Sequence record: DRR723986_28476
Strand: one strand, 5' to 3'
Length of the DNA stretch: 50,109 nt
Part shown: positions 37,502-47,140 of the stretch, piece by piece
Layout of the letters: every line of letters starts with the position of its first letter
How positions within the stretch are numbered: position 1 is the stretch's first letter
Notes under the pieces: model-generated
Told to the model about the DNA's origin: nothing
Databases searched by the model: none
The model's input: only the letters and a program-made list of their open reading frames with translations
Position numbers and translations under genes: made by a program

Positions 37502-38929
37502 TTAGGACGTCAATTCTGTTAAATAATTACTAAAAGCATAGAGCTCTGCCTCTTTAAAAGAGTTACAAATCACCTGCAAACCAATCGGCATTCCATTCTC
37601 ATCTTTCCCATTAGGAAGAGAAATGGCTGGGACTCCAGACACTGAAGCTTGCACTGTAAAGAGATCTTCCAAATACATTGCTACCGGATCACCACTATGC
37701 TCACCAAACTTAAACGCTGTAGATGGCGTAGTCGGCATAATAATATAGTCAAAATCATTTAAAAGATTTTCAGTAAAGTCTTTTATTAATCTTCTGACTT
37801 TCTGCGCTTTAGTGAAATACGCATCGTAATAGCTGGCACTTAGCACAAACGTACCCAGCATAATTCTTCGCTTTACTTCCTCTCCAAATCCTTCACTTCT
37901 AGTCAGCTTATACATGCTTTCCAAGTTATGAGCATTGGGAGTTCTGTATCCATACTTTACCCCGTCAAACCTTGATAGATTGGAGCTAGCTTCTGCAGTA
38001 GTAAGAATATAATAAGTCGGTAGGATGAAATCAAGTAAGGGGAATTCTACTTCCTCTACCGTATGACCTTCGGATTTTAATTTATCTAAGACTGCCAACG
38101 TATTAGTTTTGATCTTAGGCTGAAGTGCTTGAGACTCGATGGTTTCTTTAAGAAAGGCTACTTTAGCTTTTTTATCAAAGTGTAAAAGTTGACTATATGG
38201 TAAAACAGGTTTTCTAGATGAAGTACTATCGTATTCATCATGACCGGCCATAATTTCCATGACCATTGCATTATCTTTTACTGTTCTAGAAAAAACCCCA
38301 ATGCAGTCAAACGAGGAGGCATAGGCAATCAAGCCCCATCGAGAAACCCTTGAATAGGTAGGTTTCATTCCGATCACTCCTGTAAATGCCGCCGGTTGCC
38401 TTACAGAACCACCTGTGTCAGTTCCCAAAGAAATGGTGCAGAGATTTGCTTGAACAGCCACTGCTGATCCTCCAGAGGAACCTCCAGGGACGCGTGATTC
38501 ATCTGTTGCATTCAATACCTTACCATGGGCAGAATTTTCATTCGAACTTCCCATTCCAAATTCATCACAATTGAGTCTGCCGATAACAATTGCGTCTTGG
38601 TCTAGCAGTCGTTGGATAGCTGTGGTGGTGAATTGGGATTCAAAACCATTTAGAATTTTGGAAGAGGCGTTGGATTCGTGGCCAGAATAGCAGAGTACAT
38701 CTTTGATACCGATGACCATTCCGGCAAGTTTACCGGCATTTCCATTAGCTAATTTCTGATCAATAAGATCAGCTTGGGCTAAAGCGGATTGCTCATAAAC
38801 TTCGACGAAGGCGTTTAAATGCGCCTTCGTCTCAATGTTTTTTAAATAATATTGGACTATCGCGCGACAGTCACTTTCCTTCTTTTCGAGCGATTTTTTA
38901 ATTTCGTCGAATGAGATGAATTTTTCCAA
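37502..38929 (-). CDS. gatA: Asp-tRNA(Asn)/Glu-tRNA(Gln) amidotransferase subunit A
   Basis: Amidase signature GGSSGGSA, GTDTGGSVRQPA, EASSNLSRFDG, EVKRRIMLGTFVLS; TTG start. Confidence 0.95.
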   Translation of the reverse strand: MEKFISFDEIKKSLEKKESDCRAIVQYYLKNIETKAHLNAFVEVYEQSALAQADLIDQKLANGNAGKLAGMVIGIKDVLCYSGHESNASSKILNGFESQFTTTAIQRLLDQDAIVIGRLNCDEFGMGSSNENSAHGKVLNATDESRVPGGSSGGSAVAVQANLCTISLGTDTGGSVRQPAAFTGVIGMKPTYSRVSRWGLIAYASSFDCIGVFSRTVKDNAMVMEIMAGHDEYDSTSSRKPVLPYSQLLHFDKKAKVAFLKETIESQALQPKIKTNTLAVLDKLKSEGHTVEEVEFPLLDFILPTYYILTTAEASSNLSRFDGVKYGYRTPNAHNLESMYKLTRSEGFGEEVKRRIMLGTFVLSASYYDAYFTKAQKVRRLIKDFTENLLNDFDYIIMPTTPSTAFKFGEHSGDPVAMYLEDLFTVQASVSGVPAISLPNGKDENGMPIGLQVICNSFKEAELYAFSNYLTELTS

Positions 38930-38947
38930 TTTCCTTGGCTTAAGAGA

Positions 38948-39148
38948 TTACTTTTTCTTGTCGTCTTTCAGACCTTCCTCAAGGTCGTTCTGAATGTCCT
39001 TGGTAGCATCTTTAAATTCTCTGATACCACGTCCAAGGCCACGAGCCAATTCAGGTATTCTTTTAGCACCAAACAATAGAAGGACGACCAATACGATCAA
39101 TACGATCGAGCCACCGCCCATGTTTTGAATGAAACCTAATGTAGTCAT
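38948..39148 (-). CDS. tatA: Twin-arginine translocase TatA/E subunit
   Basis: TM + LLFGAKRIPELARGLGRGIREFKDA. Confidence 0.95.
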   Translation of the reverse strand: MTTLGFIQNMGGGSIVLIVLVVLLLFGAKRIPELARGLGRGIREFKDATKDIQNDLEEGLKDDKKK

Positions 39149-39179
39149 GATGGTGTGTGTTTAAGGGTAAATGTGGATA

Positions 39180-39210
39180 CAAAGATATAATTGTGATCCG
39201 CTTACACAAA
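39180..39210 (-). promoter_or_regulatory. Bacteroidota housekeeping promoter for tatA-gatA-mltD
   Basis: Minus strand TTTG (39210-39207), N19, TATCTTTG (39187-39180): exact -33/-7 consensus. Confidence 0.75.
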
Positions 39211-39259
39211 GTTCAGCGTCAAGCAATCTATCTTTTTTATGAATATACGCAATTAAGTT

Positions 39260-40516
39260 CTACTTGGATGTTAGCCATGTCGAAGGATTCATCACAGAGA
39301 GACCTTTCCAAGTTTGGAAATGTACTTCTGCTTCCCCGCCAGGACCTGTAGCAACTTGTCCAATTACGTCTTTTGCACTTACAGTCTGACCTGTTTTTAC
39401 AGTAATGGTTTTCAACTTACTATACATGGTATAATACTCCCCATGTTTTATGATCACTGTACCGCCAAAACCAGGCATAGTTGTGATTTTAGTTACTGTG
39501 CCATCAAATACAGCCCTTACATTAGAATTAGGCTGGGTGCGGATGTCTATCCCATCACTTTCCATGGTGATTCCTTTAAGAGTAGGGTGTGGATAGGTAC
39601 CATATCCCTGCGATACAAAACCTGTTTCTACTGGCCAAGGAAGCCTGCCTTGATTCCCAGCAAATGATTTTGACAAAGCAGCGACCTCTGGGGTCATCGG
39701 CATACTACTTCCAGTCGATTTGGTAGCAGTGCTATTTTCTTTTTTAGCGGCTGCTTCAGCGCGGCGTATCTCATCTTCGATCACCTGCTTGATCATTTTG
39801 TTTAGTTGATCCTGTTGTTTTTTAGTTGCAGTGATCTGTTTTTTAATGTCTTGCTCTTTTGAGGTAAGCGTGTTCACAAGGCCTTGCTGAGTACGCTTCA
39901 TCTTGTCAAGTTCTGCTCGTTCTTTTTGCTCTTCTGCAAGCACTTTTTCTTTTTCAGCTTTTTTATTATCCAATAAGGCCCGCTGATCTATAAGCTCTAA
40001 GCTTAATTTTTCAATTTGAGCAGCCTGTTGTTTCCGGCTATCTGTGTATTGTTTCAAATACATCAATCTAGAATAGAGCTGATTGAAATTTGCTGAACTG
40101 AAAACAAAAGAAACGATAGAAAGTCCTCTATTGAGCTTTGAGGCATTATAAATCATTCTACCATATTCAGCTTTTAAATCTTTCAGCTGTACTTCCAGGC
40201 TCCCTATTTTGTCTTCCGTCTCACTTATCTCCTGGTTGATCAGCTTCACTTCTCGATCAAGTGTATTAACTAAACGAGTTTGGGTTTGAAACTGACGCGT
40301 TACTGCATTAAGCTCTCCTATGGAATTTTTCTTTGTTGCAGTAGTTTGCTTCAAGATTTTATCAAATTCCAATAGCCTAGCCTGTACTTCTGCTTTCTGC
40401 TTTTCTAATTCTTCCCGTGTTTTTTTCGTTTGGGCTGATAGATCTACAGCTGTAAAAAACATCAATCCAATCAGAATGCTAAATGGAATTAGAAAGTTGC
40501 GATACATGCAATTCAA
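39260..40516 (-). CDS. envC: EnvC-like murein hydrolase activator (coiled coil + degenerate M23 domain)
   Basis: Long coiled coil, GRLPWPV, GIDI, VIIKHG, VHFQ; zinc-ligand His residues largely absent. Start may be ATG 40507. Confidence 0.8.
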   Translation of the reverse strand: MNCMYRNFLIPFSILIGLMFFTAVDLSAQTKKTREELEKQKAEVQARLLEFDKILKQTTATKKNSIGELNAVTRQFQTQTRLVNTLDREVKLINQEISETEDKIGSLEVQLKDLKAEYGRMIYNASKLNRGLSIVSFVFSSANFNQLYSRLMYLKQYTDSRKQQAAQIEKLSLELIDQRALLDNKKAEKEKVLAEEQKERAELDKMKRTQQGLVNTLTSKEQDIKKQITATKKQQDQLNKMIKQVIEDEIRRAEAAAKKENSTATKSTGSSMPMTPEVAALSKSFAGNQGRLPWPVETGFVSQGYGTYPHPTLKGITMESDGIDIRTQPNSNVRAVFDGTVTKITTMPGFGGTVIIKHGEYYTMYSKLKTITVKTGQTVSAKDVIGQVATGPGGEAEVHFQTWKGLSVMNPSTWLTSK

Positions 40517-41253
40517 AATTTGAAAGGAAAGCTAAGAGGTGCTGAGAAAGGATCAACAGAGGTCCATTCTACATTAATAATGGTGTTTTGTCCACCTTCT
40601 GGTAGTTGATAGGCTAGTTTGTAGAGAACTTCAAACGGAAAAGGTTTTGCGTCTATGTCCTGGAAAGTGGAATAGCTGGCAAGCAATGATCCACGATCAT
40701 CGAGCGAATTACTAACTAACTCTGAGACTTTTCTGTAATTGACATCAACTTTGGAAAAGTACCTTACTTTATCTCGAACTTGAGTAAGCTCAAATGATTT
40801 ACCTACTCGTACCAATCTATCTTTGTAATCCACTTGATGAGGCGGATTCGCAAAAAGCACGTTTTGGAAAATATCCAAAGATAATTTCAAACCGTAAACT
40901 GCTTCAAATTCGGTGAAAGTTAAGTTGACGTCTTCCTTTCCAATTCTATCTTTAATCTGAATTTTATCCTGAGTGATCAGTCCTCTCACAGCTTCCATGC
41001 CCATTCCAGGAGAAATGATAAACCAGAGAACTGAATCCTTTTTTGAACGAAGGTTTAAACTTCCTCGAGTGATTTTCCCGGATTCTTCCTCTATCACTAC
41101 TTTGGCTTTAGCACTCAGGTAGTCATATTCAGTATAAATAGGGGAGAAGTCTTCCATTTTTCCATCTGCCTGATAGACTATCGTTTTTTTGGAGCAGGAG
41201 AAAAGAAGGCCTAAGCCGATGACGAGCACAAATCCTGCAAAAAGTTTATTCAT
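40513..41253 (-). CDS. DUF4292-family lipoprotein
   Basis: LLFSC lipobox, LRSKKDSVLW, G.E..R.LIT.D pattern; typical position between TPR and envC genes. Confidence 0.7.
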   Translation of the reverse strand: MNKLFAGFVLVIGLGLLFSCSKKTIVYQADGKMEDFSPIYTEYDYLSAKAKVVIEEESGKITRGSLNLRSKKDSVLWFIISPGMGMEAVRGLITQDKIQIKDRIGKEDVNLTFTEFEAVYGLKLSLDIFQNVLFANPPHQVDYKDRLVRVGKSFELTQVRDKVRYFSKVDVNYRKVSELVSNSLDDRGSLLASYSTFQDIDAKPFPFEVLYKLAYQLPEGGQNTIINVEWTSVDPFSAPLSFPFKF

Positions 41254-42973
41254 GGTATTTTCCTTCTTTAATTTTCTGTGAAAGTTTGTCAGAGGCCTCA
41301 GGACTTCCTTCGGCTTTTTTCCAATAACTCAAGGCTTCATTCTTTTTACCAAGATGAAATAAAATATCTCCGTAATGCTCAAGCATGACACCACTTGGCT
41401 GTGTTTCATGCATCAGCGCTAAGTCCATATATTTCTTAGCACCTTCGTAATCTTTCATCTGAAAAAGAACCCATGCATGTGTATCAAGGAAAGTGCCATT
41501 ATCTGGAAATCTGCGAACAACTTTATCAGACATTGACTTTGCCTTCTCCAAATTCTTCTTTTCCAACGACAGGAAATAGGAATAATTATTTAAGACCTGC
41601 TCGTCATTTGGGTTGAGCTCCAGTGCTTTATCAAAATTTCGGAATGCCTCTTCTTTTTCTCCCAAGTTGTACAGAGAATTACCAAGAGAACCGAAGGCTA
41701 CCTGATCTAGCTGAGGGTTTTTATTAGCGTTTAATTCGATTGCTTTGTTCAGTGATACGACAGCTTCTTCATCTTGCTTTTGAGCGGATTTTACTACACC
41801 ATCATAAAACCAGAATTCTGGATTTTGCGGGAATTCATCTACGGCTAAAACCGTAAATTTTTCAAGTTCATCGAAGTCAGCATTTTCACCGAAAGACCCT
41901 AGAATCACTTGTTCCAGTAATTTGGAATTCTTCGGATTGATCAAAAGTGACTTTTTGAAATATTCTATCCCTTCTTCATTCTTTTGATCTAGCATCCGCC
42001 GCTGACCCAATGCAGCGTAGATTTCCGCATTTTCAAGCGTAGATTTAGCGATTAAAGTTTCCAAACTATCTAGGAGTTTCTCTCTTTCCTCAGTTTTAAT
42101 TTCAGTGAGAATACTAGAAAATGCCTGGGATTTAACCTCTGGATCAAGATCGCTACTGGCAAAAGCAGAATACAGATAGTGGTTAGACTGTTCGATATCA
42201 CCAATATCCTTTAGGAGCGTATGCGCTGCCATTTGTAATTCCGGTTGATTTGGATACTTCTTGATCTCTTCAAAAACTAAGTCTAATGCCTGATCTACCC
42301 GATTATTATTGTATAAAATCTCAATCAAATTCATGACATAGGCAGGGTTACCTGGTCGTGCCTCGACTAATTTTTCACCTTCTTCTATTGCTTTGCCGAG
42401 GTTGTTTTTGTTCAAATAGATCCGTTGCTTCTGAACCGTAATTGGCTCCATTACACCATAAAACTCTTCTGCTCGATCCAAAACTATCAGCGCTTTATCC
42501 AGCTCTTTTTCGTTGAGATAAATTGAAGCTAAGTCCAAATTGTATTGTTGATTGCTTTCTCCGTCAGCAGTTAATCGCTCTAAAATTTCTGCAGCTTTTA
42601 AGGGCTGCTTTAAATTGGTGTAAATCTCAGCAACCATTAAGGAGTAGTACTTATTTTCAGGTGCAAGTTCGGCGGCTCTACTTGCATAAGGCATAGCTTT
42701 TTCAGGTTGATTTGCCTTCACTAAGATCTCTGCGATTTTATAGTGAATAGCAGGTGCATCTGGTGAAAACTCCATTGCTTTCTGAAAGTAGAAAAAGGCT
42801 TTTTCCAGATCATTAAGCACTAGGTTTTTCTCACCTTCGATAAAATAACGTGTGCCTTGGGATTCATTCAATTGTGCCTTACGCTCTTTTTTGGAGAGCT
42901 TTTCTTGCGCAAAACTTGCTGAAGAGCCTAGTGCGACAAGTAGAAGTATGAGGATTGTTCTTTTGAAATTCAC
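41246..42973 (-). CDS. Exported tetratricopeptide repeat protein
   Basis: Signal peptide, many TPR helices, LNNYSYFL...FLDTHAWVLF...EHYGDIL C-terminal pattern; GTG start. Confidence 0.88.
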   Translation of the reverse strand: MNFKRTILILLLVALGSSASFAQEKLSKKERKAQLNESQGTRYFIEGEKNLVLNDLEKAFFYFQKAMEFSPDAPAIHYKIAEILVKANQPEKAMPYASRAAELAPENKYYSLMVAEIYTNLKQPLKAAEILERLTADGESNQQYNLDLASIYLNEKELDKALIVLDRAEEFYGVMEPITVQKQRIYLNKNNLGKAIEEGEKLVEARPGNPAYVMNLIEILYNNNRVDQALDLVFEEIKKYPNQPELQMAAHTLLKDIGDIEQSNHYLYSAFASSDLDPEVKSQAFSSILTEIKTEEREKLLDSLETLIAKSTLENAEIYAALGQRRMLDQKNEEGIEYFKKSLLINPKNSKLLEQVILGSFGENADFDELEKFTVLAVDEFPQNPEFWFYDGVVKSAQKQDEEAVVSLNKAIELNANKNPQLDQVAFGSLGNSLYNLGEKEEAFRNFDKALELNPNDEQVLNNYSYFLSLEKKNLEKAKSMSDKVVRRFPDNGTFLDTHAWVLFQMKDYEGAKKYMDLALMHETQPSGVMLEHYGDILFHLGKKNEALSYWKKAEGSPEASDKLSQKIKEGKYHE

Positions 42974-43001
42974 GGGAAATAGGGACTGCAGCTTAATTTC
43001 A

Positions 43002-43009
43002 CAAACTTA
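43002..43009 (-). promoter_or_regulatory. Bacteroidota -7 box upstream of the TPR gene
   Basis: Minus strand TAAGTTTG 28 nt before the start; no clear -33 box. Confidence 0.45.
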
Positions 43010-43133
43010 ATGCCTTTTATGCAATTCGACTTTGTTTGTAAATATTAATGAAATGTGAGAAAGGTCTTTATGACTTATCGGTTGGTTAACGCGCATGGAC
43101 CCAAAAATGATCCCAGGATTATAAAAATTAATG

Positions 43134-44639
43134 TTAATGCTTTTTACTTTTTGGTAAATAAGCCATGATTTGTTCCTTCTCCATGAAAAAGATAAGTCCC
43201 ATGTAGAGTAAGATCAGGCTGTTTTTCATTAAGAAATTCAGTGCTGGATTCCCAAAATCTAAGTAGAATCCAAGATAACTTATCGTAAAGGAGAGAATTA
43301 GGTAAAAAATACCTTTTCCCGTTTGATAGGGGATGGGATAATACTTTTGACCATATATGTAGCAAAGCAAACACATCACAAAATAACAGGAGATCGTGCT
43401 GAGCGCTCCGCCCATATAACCCCAAATGGGAACGAAAATGAATATTATGGCAATAGTGAGAATCGCTCCAACCAAAGTGATCCAAAAACTATATTTTGTC
43501 TGATCAGTGATCTTGAACCAAATCGAAAGATTGAAATAGATTCCAAGAAGTAGGTAACCCATCAAAAGGGTAGGTACTATATAGAGTCCTTCAGCATATT
43601 CCGGCTTTCTTAAAAAAAGGGGCCCTATCCATTCGAGATTTACGGAAATCGCAATCATTAATACGGTACAAAAAAGGATAAAAGCATGCATCACCTTTGA
43701 ATAAAGCAACGGAGAATTTTTGTCCTGTGATTGCTTGAAAAAGAATGGTTCAGCAGCGTATTTAAATGCCTGAATTACCAAGTTCATTAAGATTGCAAGC
43801 TTGAAATTCGCTCCAAAAACTCCGCCTGCTTCTCGAGCTGAAAGTCCCGCGTAGAAATTTGGAGGAAGTACATATTCAAATAAAAATCTTGAAAATAGCT
43901 CATTCGTAACTCCTGCTAATCCCATAAATAGGAGTGGGATAGAATACCCCCACAAAGGCTTGATGATGGATTGCTCCAGCTCGAATTTGAAGAAGCCAGC
44001 CTTCCACCATACAAATGGAATGATCAATCCATTCGCAAAGAGGTTTGAAAGAAGAATATATTCCACTCCCCAATCTGATCTATAGCCAAGAAATCCTTCT
44101 GGAATAATACCATTTGAAATCAGATACGGAAATCCTACGATTAGAAGGAGGTTGAAAAAGATATTCAATAGAATATTGAAGATTTTCGATCCGGCAAAAA
44201 TCAGCGCTTTGTTTTCCAGACGTAGCTTTGCAAAAGGAATTGCGAGAATGGCGTCAAAAGAAAGTATTAATGCTGTCCATCTAAATAAATACTCCTGACC
44301 TGGGTAATCTAATAGTTCAGCTAACCAGGGAGCAAGCAAGTATAGACCTGATCCAAGTAATAAGGTACTGGAGATTAATAAGGACTGAGTGGAATTATAA
44401 ACTTTGGTTGGATCAAGGTTTTTTCCAGTGGCAAATCTGAAAAATGTAGTCTCCATCCCATAGGTGAACACTATATTCATAAAACCTACCAGTGCATAGA
44501 TGCTCGTGAACGACCCCATTGCCTCTTTTGTGAGGTATTCGGTGTACACGATGATCATTAAAAAATTAATTGATCGGCCGAGAATGCTGCTTAGGCCATA
44601 AACTGCGGTTTGTCCAGCTAGTTTTTTAAAATTACTCAT
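43134..44639 (-). CDS. MOP-superfamily oligosaccharide flippase (Wzx-like)
   Basis: KKLAGQTAVYGLSSI, TYGMETTFFRF, QAFKYAAEPFFF, NLSIWFK; many TM helices. Confidence 0.85.
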   Translation of the reverse strand: MSNFKKLAGQTAVYGLSSILGRSINFLMIIVYTEYLTKEAMGSFTSIYALVGFMNIVFTYGMETTFFRFATGKNLDPTKVYNSTQSLLISSTLLLGSGLYLLAPWLAELLDYPGQEYLFRWTALILSFDAILAIPFAKLRLENKALIFAGSKIFNILLNIFFNLLLIVGFPYLISNGIIPEGFLGYRSDWGVEYILLSNLFANGLIIPFVWWKAGFFKFELEQSIIKPLWGYSIPLLFMGLAGVTNELFSRFLFEYVLPPNFYAGLSAREAGGVFGANFKLAILMNLVIQAFKYAAEPFFFKQSQDKNSPLLYSKVMHAFILFCTVLMIAISVNLEWIGPLFLRKPEYAEGLYIVPTLLMGYLLLGIYFNLSIWFKITDQTKYSFWITLVGAILTIAIIFIFVPIWGYMGGALSTISCYFVMCLLCYIYGQKYYPIPYQTGKGIFYLILSFTISYLGFYLDFGNPALNFLMKNSLILLYMGLIFFMEKEQIMAYLPKSKKH

Positions 44640-44654
44640 CTAGTGTCAAGGAGC

Positions 44655-45440
44655 TTATTCTCCTTTGAAATGCGGCTGTCTTTTTTCGAGAAATGCGGAC
44701 GTTCCTTCTTTGTAGTCTCCGGATTTTACACATCTGGCAAAGCTGTTTGCCTCTGTTTGAAAACCATTTTCATCCGGTACATAAGCAGAATTGACGCAAT
44801 CGATAATCATACCAATGGCAAGAGGTGCTTTGCTAAGTATTTTGGCTATGATTTCTTCAGCTTTTGCCAGTGCTTCTTCTTTGGTAGGAAGTATGTGATT
44901 GACTAGTCCTAAAGCTTTGGCTTCTTCGGCTCCAATCATGTCCCCAGTCATCATGAGTTCGTTGGCTTTTCCTCTTCCAATTAAAATGGTGAGACGCTGC
45001 GTACCACCATAACCTGGGATAATTCCAAGATTAACTTCCGGTTGACCGAATTTCGCATTTGCCGTGGCAATTCTCATGTGACAAGCCATAGCTAATTCGC
45101 ATCCTCCACCTAGGGTATACCCATTGGTTACTGCGATTACAGGCTTGTGACAGTTCTCAATCATACTGAATATTTCTTGTCCATTTTCAGCGAATTTTCT
45201 GGCATTTACTTCATTTAGCGAAGCGATTTCGCTGATGTCAGCTCCAGCTACAAACGCTTTTTCGCCTGAGCCGGTGATGATCACTGCTTTGATTTCTTTG
45301 GTATCAGATACCTCTTCAAAAATCGACCTTAACTCCTCTAAAGTTTCAAAATTCAGCGCGTTCATTTTGTCTTCTCTGTTGATGGTCAAGTGGAGTACTC
45401 CGTTCTTTACATCAGTAAGGATATTTTTGAAATCAGCCAT
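44655..45440 (-). CDS. Enoyl-CoA hydratase/crotonase family protein
   Basis: AFVAGADI, GGGCELAMACH, FGQPEVNLGIIPGYGGTQRL, EGTSAFLEKR. Confidence 0.93.
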   Translation of the reverse strand: MADFKNILTDVKNGVLHLTINREDKMNALNFETLEELRSIFEEVSDTKEIKAVIITGSGEKAFVAGADISEIASLNEVNARKFAENGQEIFSMIENCHKPVIAVTNGYTLGGGCELAMACHMRIATANAKFGQPEVNLGIIPGYGGTQRLTILIGRGKANELMMTGDMIGAEEAKALGLVNHILPTKEEALAKAEEIIAKILSKAPLAIGMIIDCVNSAYVPDENGFQTEANSFARCVKSGDYKEGTSAFLEKRQPHFKGE

Positions 45441-45461
45441 AGTTTATCGTTGAGTATAAAA

Positions 45462-45492
45462 CAAATATACAAGCAGGGTAGTCATTCCCAAA
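45462..45492 (-). promoter_or_regulatory. Bacteroidota housekeeping promoter for hydratase-flippase
   Basis: Minus strand TTTG (45492-45489), N19, TATATTTG (45469-45462): exact consensus. Confidence 0.75.
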
Positions 45493-45607
45493 CTGGGGCA
45501 TGGGAAAATGCTTAACCTAAGGTAAAGGATTATTACCCCTTTTGTAATTAAAGCAGAGATAATGTGGATTTTGTCCTAGGTCAAAAACCTGCTTCCACAT
45601 TTTTATT

Positions 45608-45615
45608 TACTTTTG
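45608..45615 (+). promoter_or_regulatory. Bacteroidota -7 box upstream of icd
   Basis: TACTTTTG 37 nt before the ATG; no clear -33 box at canonical spacing. Confidence 0.5.
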
Positions 45616-45652
45616 TTCAAAATCAAATTTTAACTAAATCCACTATATTAAT

Positions 45653-47104
45653 ATGTCTTCCAAAAGAAAAATTACAGTTGCCTATGGTGATGGGATAGGT
45701 CCCGAAATCATGAAGGCTACACTGGCGATCCTCGAAGCTGCTGGAGCTCAACTTGAATACGATGTTATAGAAATTGGAGAACAGGTTTATCTAAAAGGCA
45801 TCAGTTCCGGAATGGAACCGAATGCATTCGAATCGCTTAGAGAAACGAAAATTTTCTTGAAGGCACCCATTACCACTCCTCAGGGAGGTGGTTTTAAGTC
45901 GCTAAATGTAACCACTAGAACTTCTTTTGGTCTCTATGCGAACGTGAGACCATGTAAAGCTTTTTCCCCATTTATCAAGACGCATTTCCCAAAGACAGAC
46001 TTGGTGATTATTCGTGAAAACGAAGAGGATTTGTATGCAGGAATTGAGCACAGACAGACTCAGGAAGTTTTTCAGTCTTTGAAGCTGATCTCCAAGCCTG
46101 GTTCGGAGAAAATTATCCGTTATGCTTTTGAATACGCTAAGAAATACGGTCGCAAAAAAGTGACTTGTATGACGAAGGATAACATCATGAAACTGGCTGA
46201 TGGTCTTTTCCATAAGACTTTCGATGAGATCGCTAAGGAGTATCCTGATATTCAAAATGATCACAAGATCATCGATATCGGAACAGCCTTGATCGCAGAT
46301 AGACCTGAGACTTTTGATGTAATTGTTACACTTAACCTTTATGGAGATATTATTTCTGACGTAGCTGCACAGGTGACTGGTTCTGTAGGGCTTGGCGGCT
46401 CTGCCAATGTGGGCGAAGAAGTAGCAATGTTTGAAGCTATTCACGGTTCTGCTCCTGATATCACAGGAATGGGAATTGCAAACCCATCAGGCTTGCTAAA
46501 TGGAGCAATTATGATGTTGGTTCACATCGGTCAGCCAGAGATAGCGGAGAAAATCTCTAATGCTTGGATGAAGACATTGGAAGACGGAATCCATACAGGA
46601 GATATTTACCAAGAAGGTCTTTCTACTAAGAAAGTTGGTACTGAGGAGTTTGCAAATGCAGTAATTGAGAGATTAGGACAACTACCGTCTTCTATGGTTC
46701 CTGCTGAATTCGATAAGGATACTACTCCGATGAATGTATTTGTTTCACCTGTGGTGAAAGCCAAGAAGGAATTGATTGGTGTGGATGTATTCGTGGATTG
46801 GGATGAAGCTGGAAGAGATCCTCAAGTGTTAGGAGAGAAGCTACGTGCTGCCAATGCGGATGGCTTGCAACTGACTTTGATTACGAATAGAGGCATCAAA
46901 GTATTCCCAGGTGGGATGAAAGAATCCTTTTGCACAGACCATTGGAGATGTAGATTCCAGACTCCTGAGCAGTCCAGCATTTCTCATGCTCAAATCCGCG
47001 AATTACTGAAGCAAGTTGAAGAACTTGGATTTGACTTTATCAAAACTGAGAATTTATATTCTTTTGACGGCGTAAGAGGTTATTCTCTTGCACAGGGAGA
47101 GTAG
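45653..47104 (+). CDS. icd: NADP-dependent isocitrate dehydrogenase (long form with C-terminal extension)
   Basis: GDGIGPEI, SLNV, IRENEEDLYAGIE, KDNIMK, NLYGDIISD, FEAIHGSAPDI, C-terminal CTDHWRCRF domain. Confidence 0.95.
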   Translation: MSSKRKITVAYGDGIGPEIMKATLAILEAAGAQLEYDVIEIGEQVYLKGISSGMEPNAFESLRETKIFLKAPITTPQGGGFKSLNVTTRTSFGLYANVRPCKAFSPFIKTHFPKTDLVIIRENEEDLYAGIEHRQTQEVFQSLKLISKPGSEKIIRYAFEYAKKYGRKKVTCMTKDNIMKLADGLFHKTFDEIAKEYPDIQNDHKIIDIGTALIADRPETFDVIVTLNLYGDIISDVAAQVTGSVGLGGSANVGEEVAMFEAIHGSAPDITGMGIANPSGLLNGAIMMLVHIGQPEIAEKISNAWMKTLEDGIHTGDIYQEGLSTKKVGTEEFANAVIERLGQLPSSMVPAEFDKDTTPMNVFVSPVVKAKKELIGVDVFVDWDEAGRDPQVLGEKLRAANADGLQLTLITNRGIKVFPGGMKESFCTDHWRCRFQTPEQSSISHAQIRELLKQVEELGFDFIKTENLYSFDGVRGYSLAQGE

Positions 47105-47138
47105 TAGAATTTGAGATTTGGAATTTAAAATTTCAGAT
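47104..47138. repeat. Degenerate 7-bp tandem array (TTnnnAT)
   Basis: gtagaat-ttgagat-ttggaat-ttaaaat-ttcagat. Confidence 0.55.
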
Positions 47139-47140
47139 GG

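Noticed and set aside
37502..38929. gatA without adjacent gatB/gatC
   Set aside because: The gene is intact, and from memory gat genes are commonly dispersed in this lineage; not evidence of novelty.
39260..40516. Missing M23 zinc ligands as a sign of pseudogenisation
   Set aside because: ORF is intact and a degenerate active site is the defining feature of EnvC-type activators.
43007..43096. 29-aa minus-strand ORF MRVNQPISHKDL... as a possible dut remnant
   Set aside because: No dUTPase motifs; its stop overlaps the TPR gene -7 box; length expected by chance.
45902..46444. 180-aa antisense ORF inside icd
   Set aside because: Entirely opposite a conserved gene, no recognisable motif; typical shadow ORF of a codon-biased gene.
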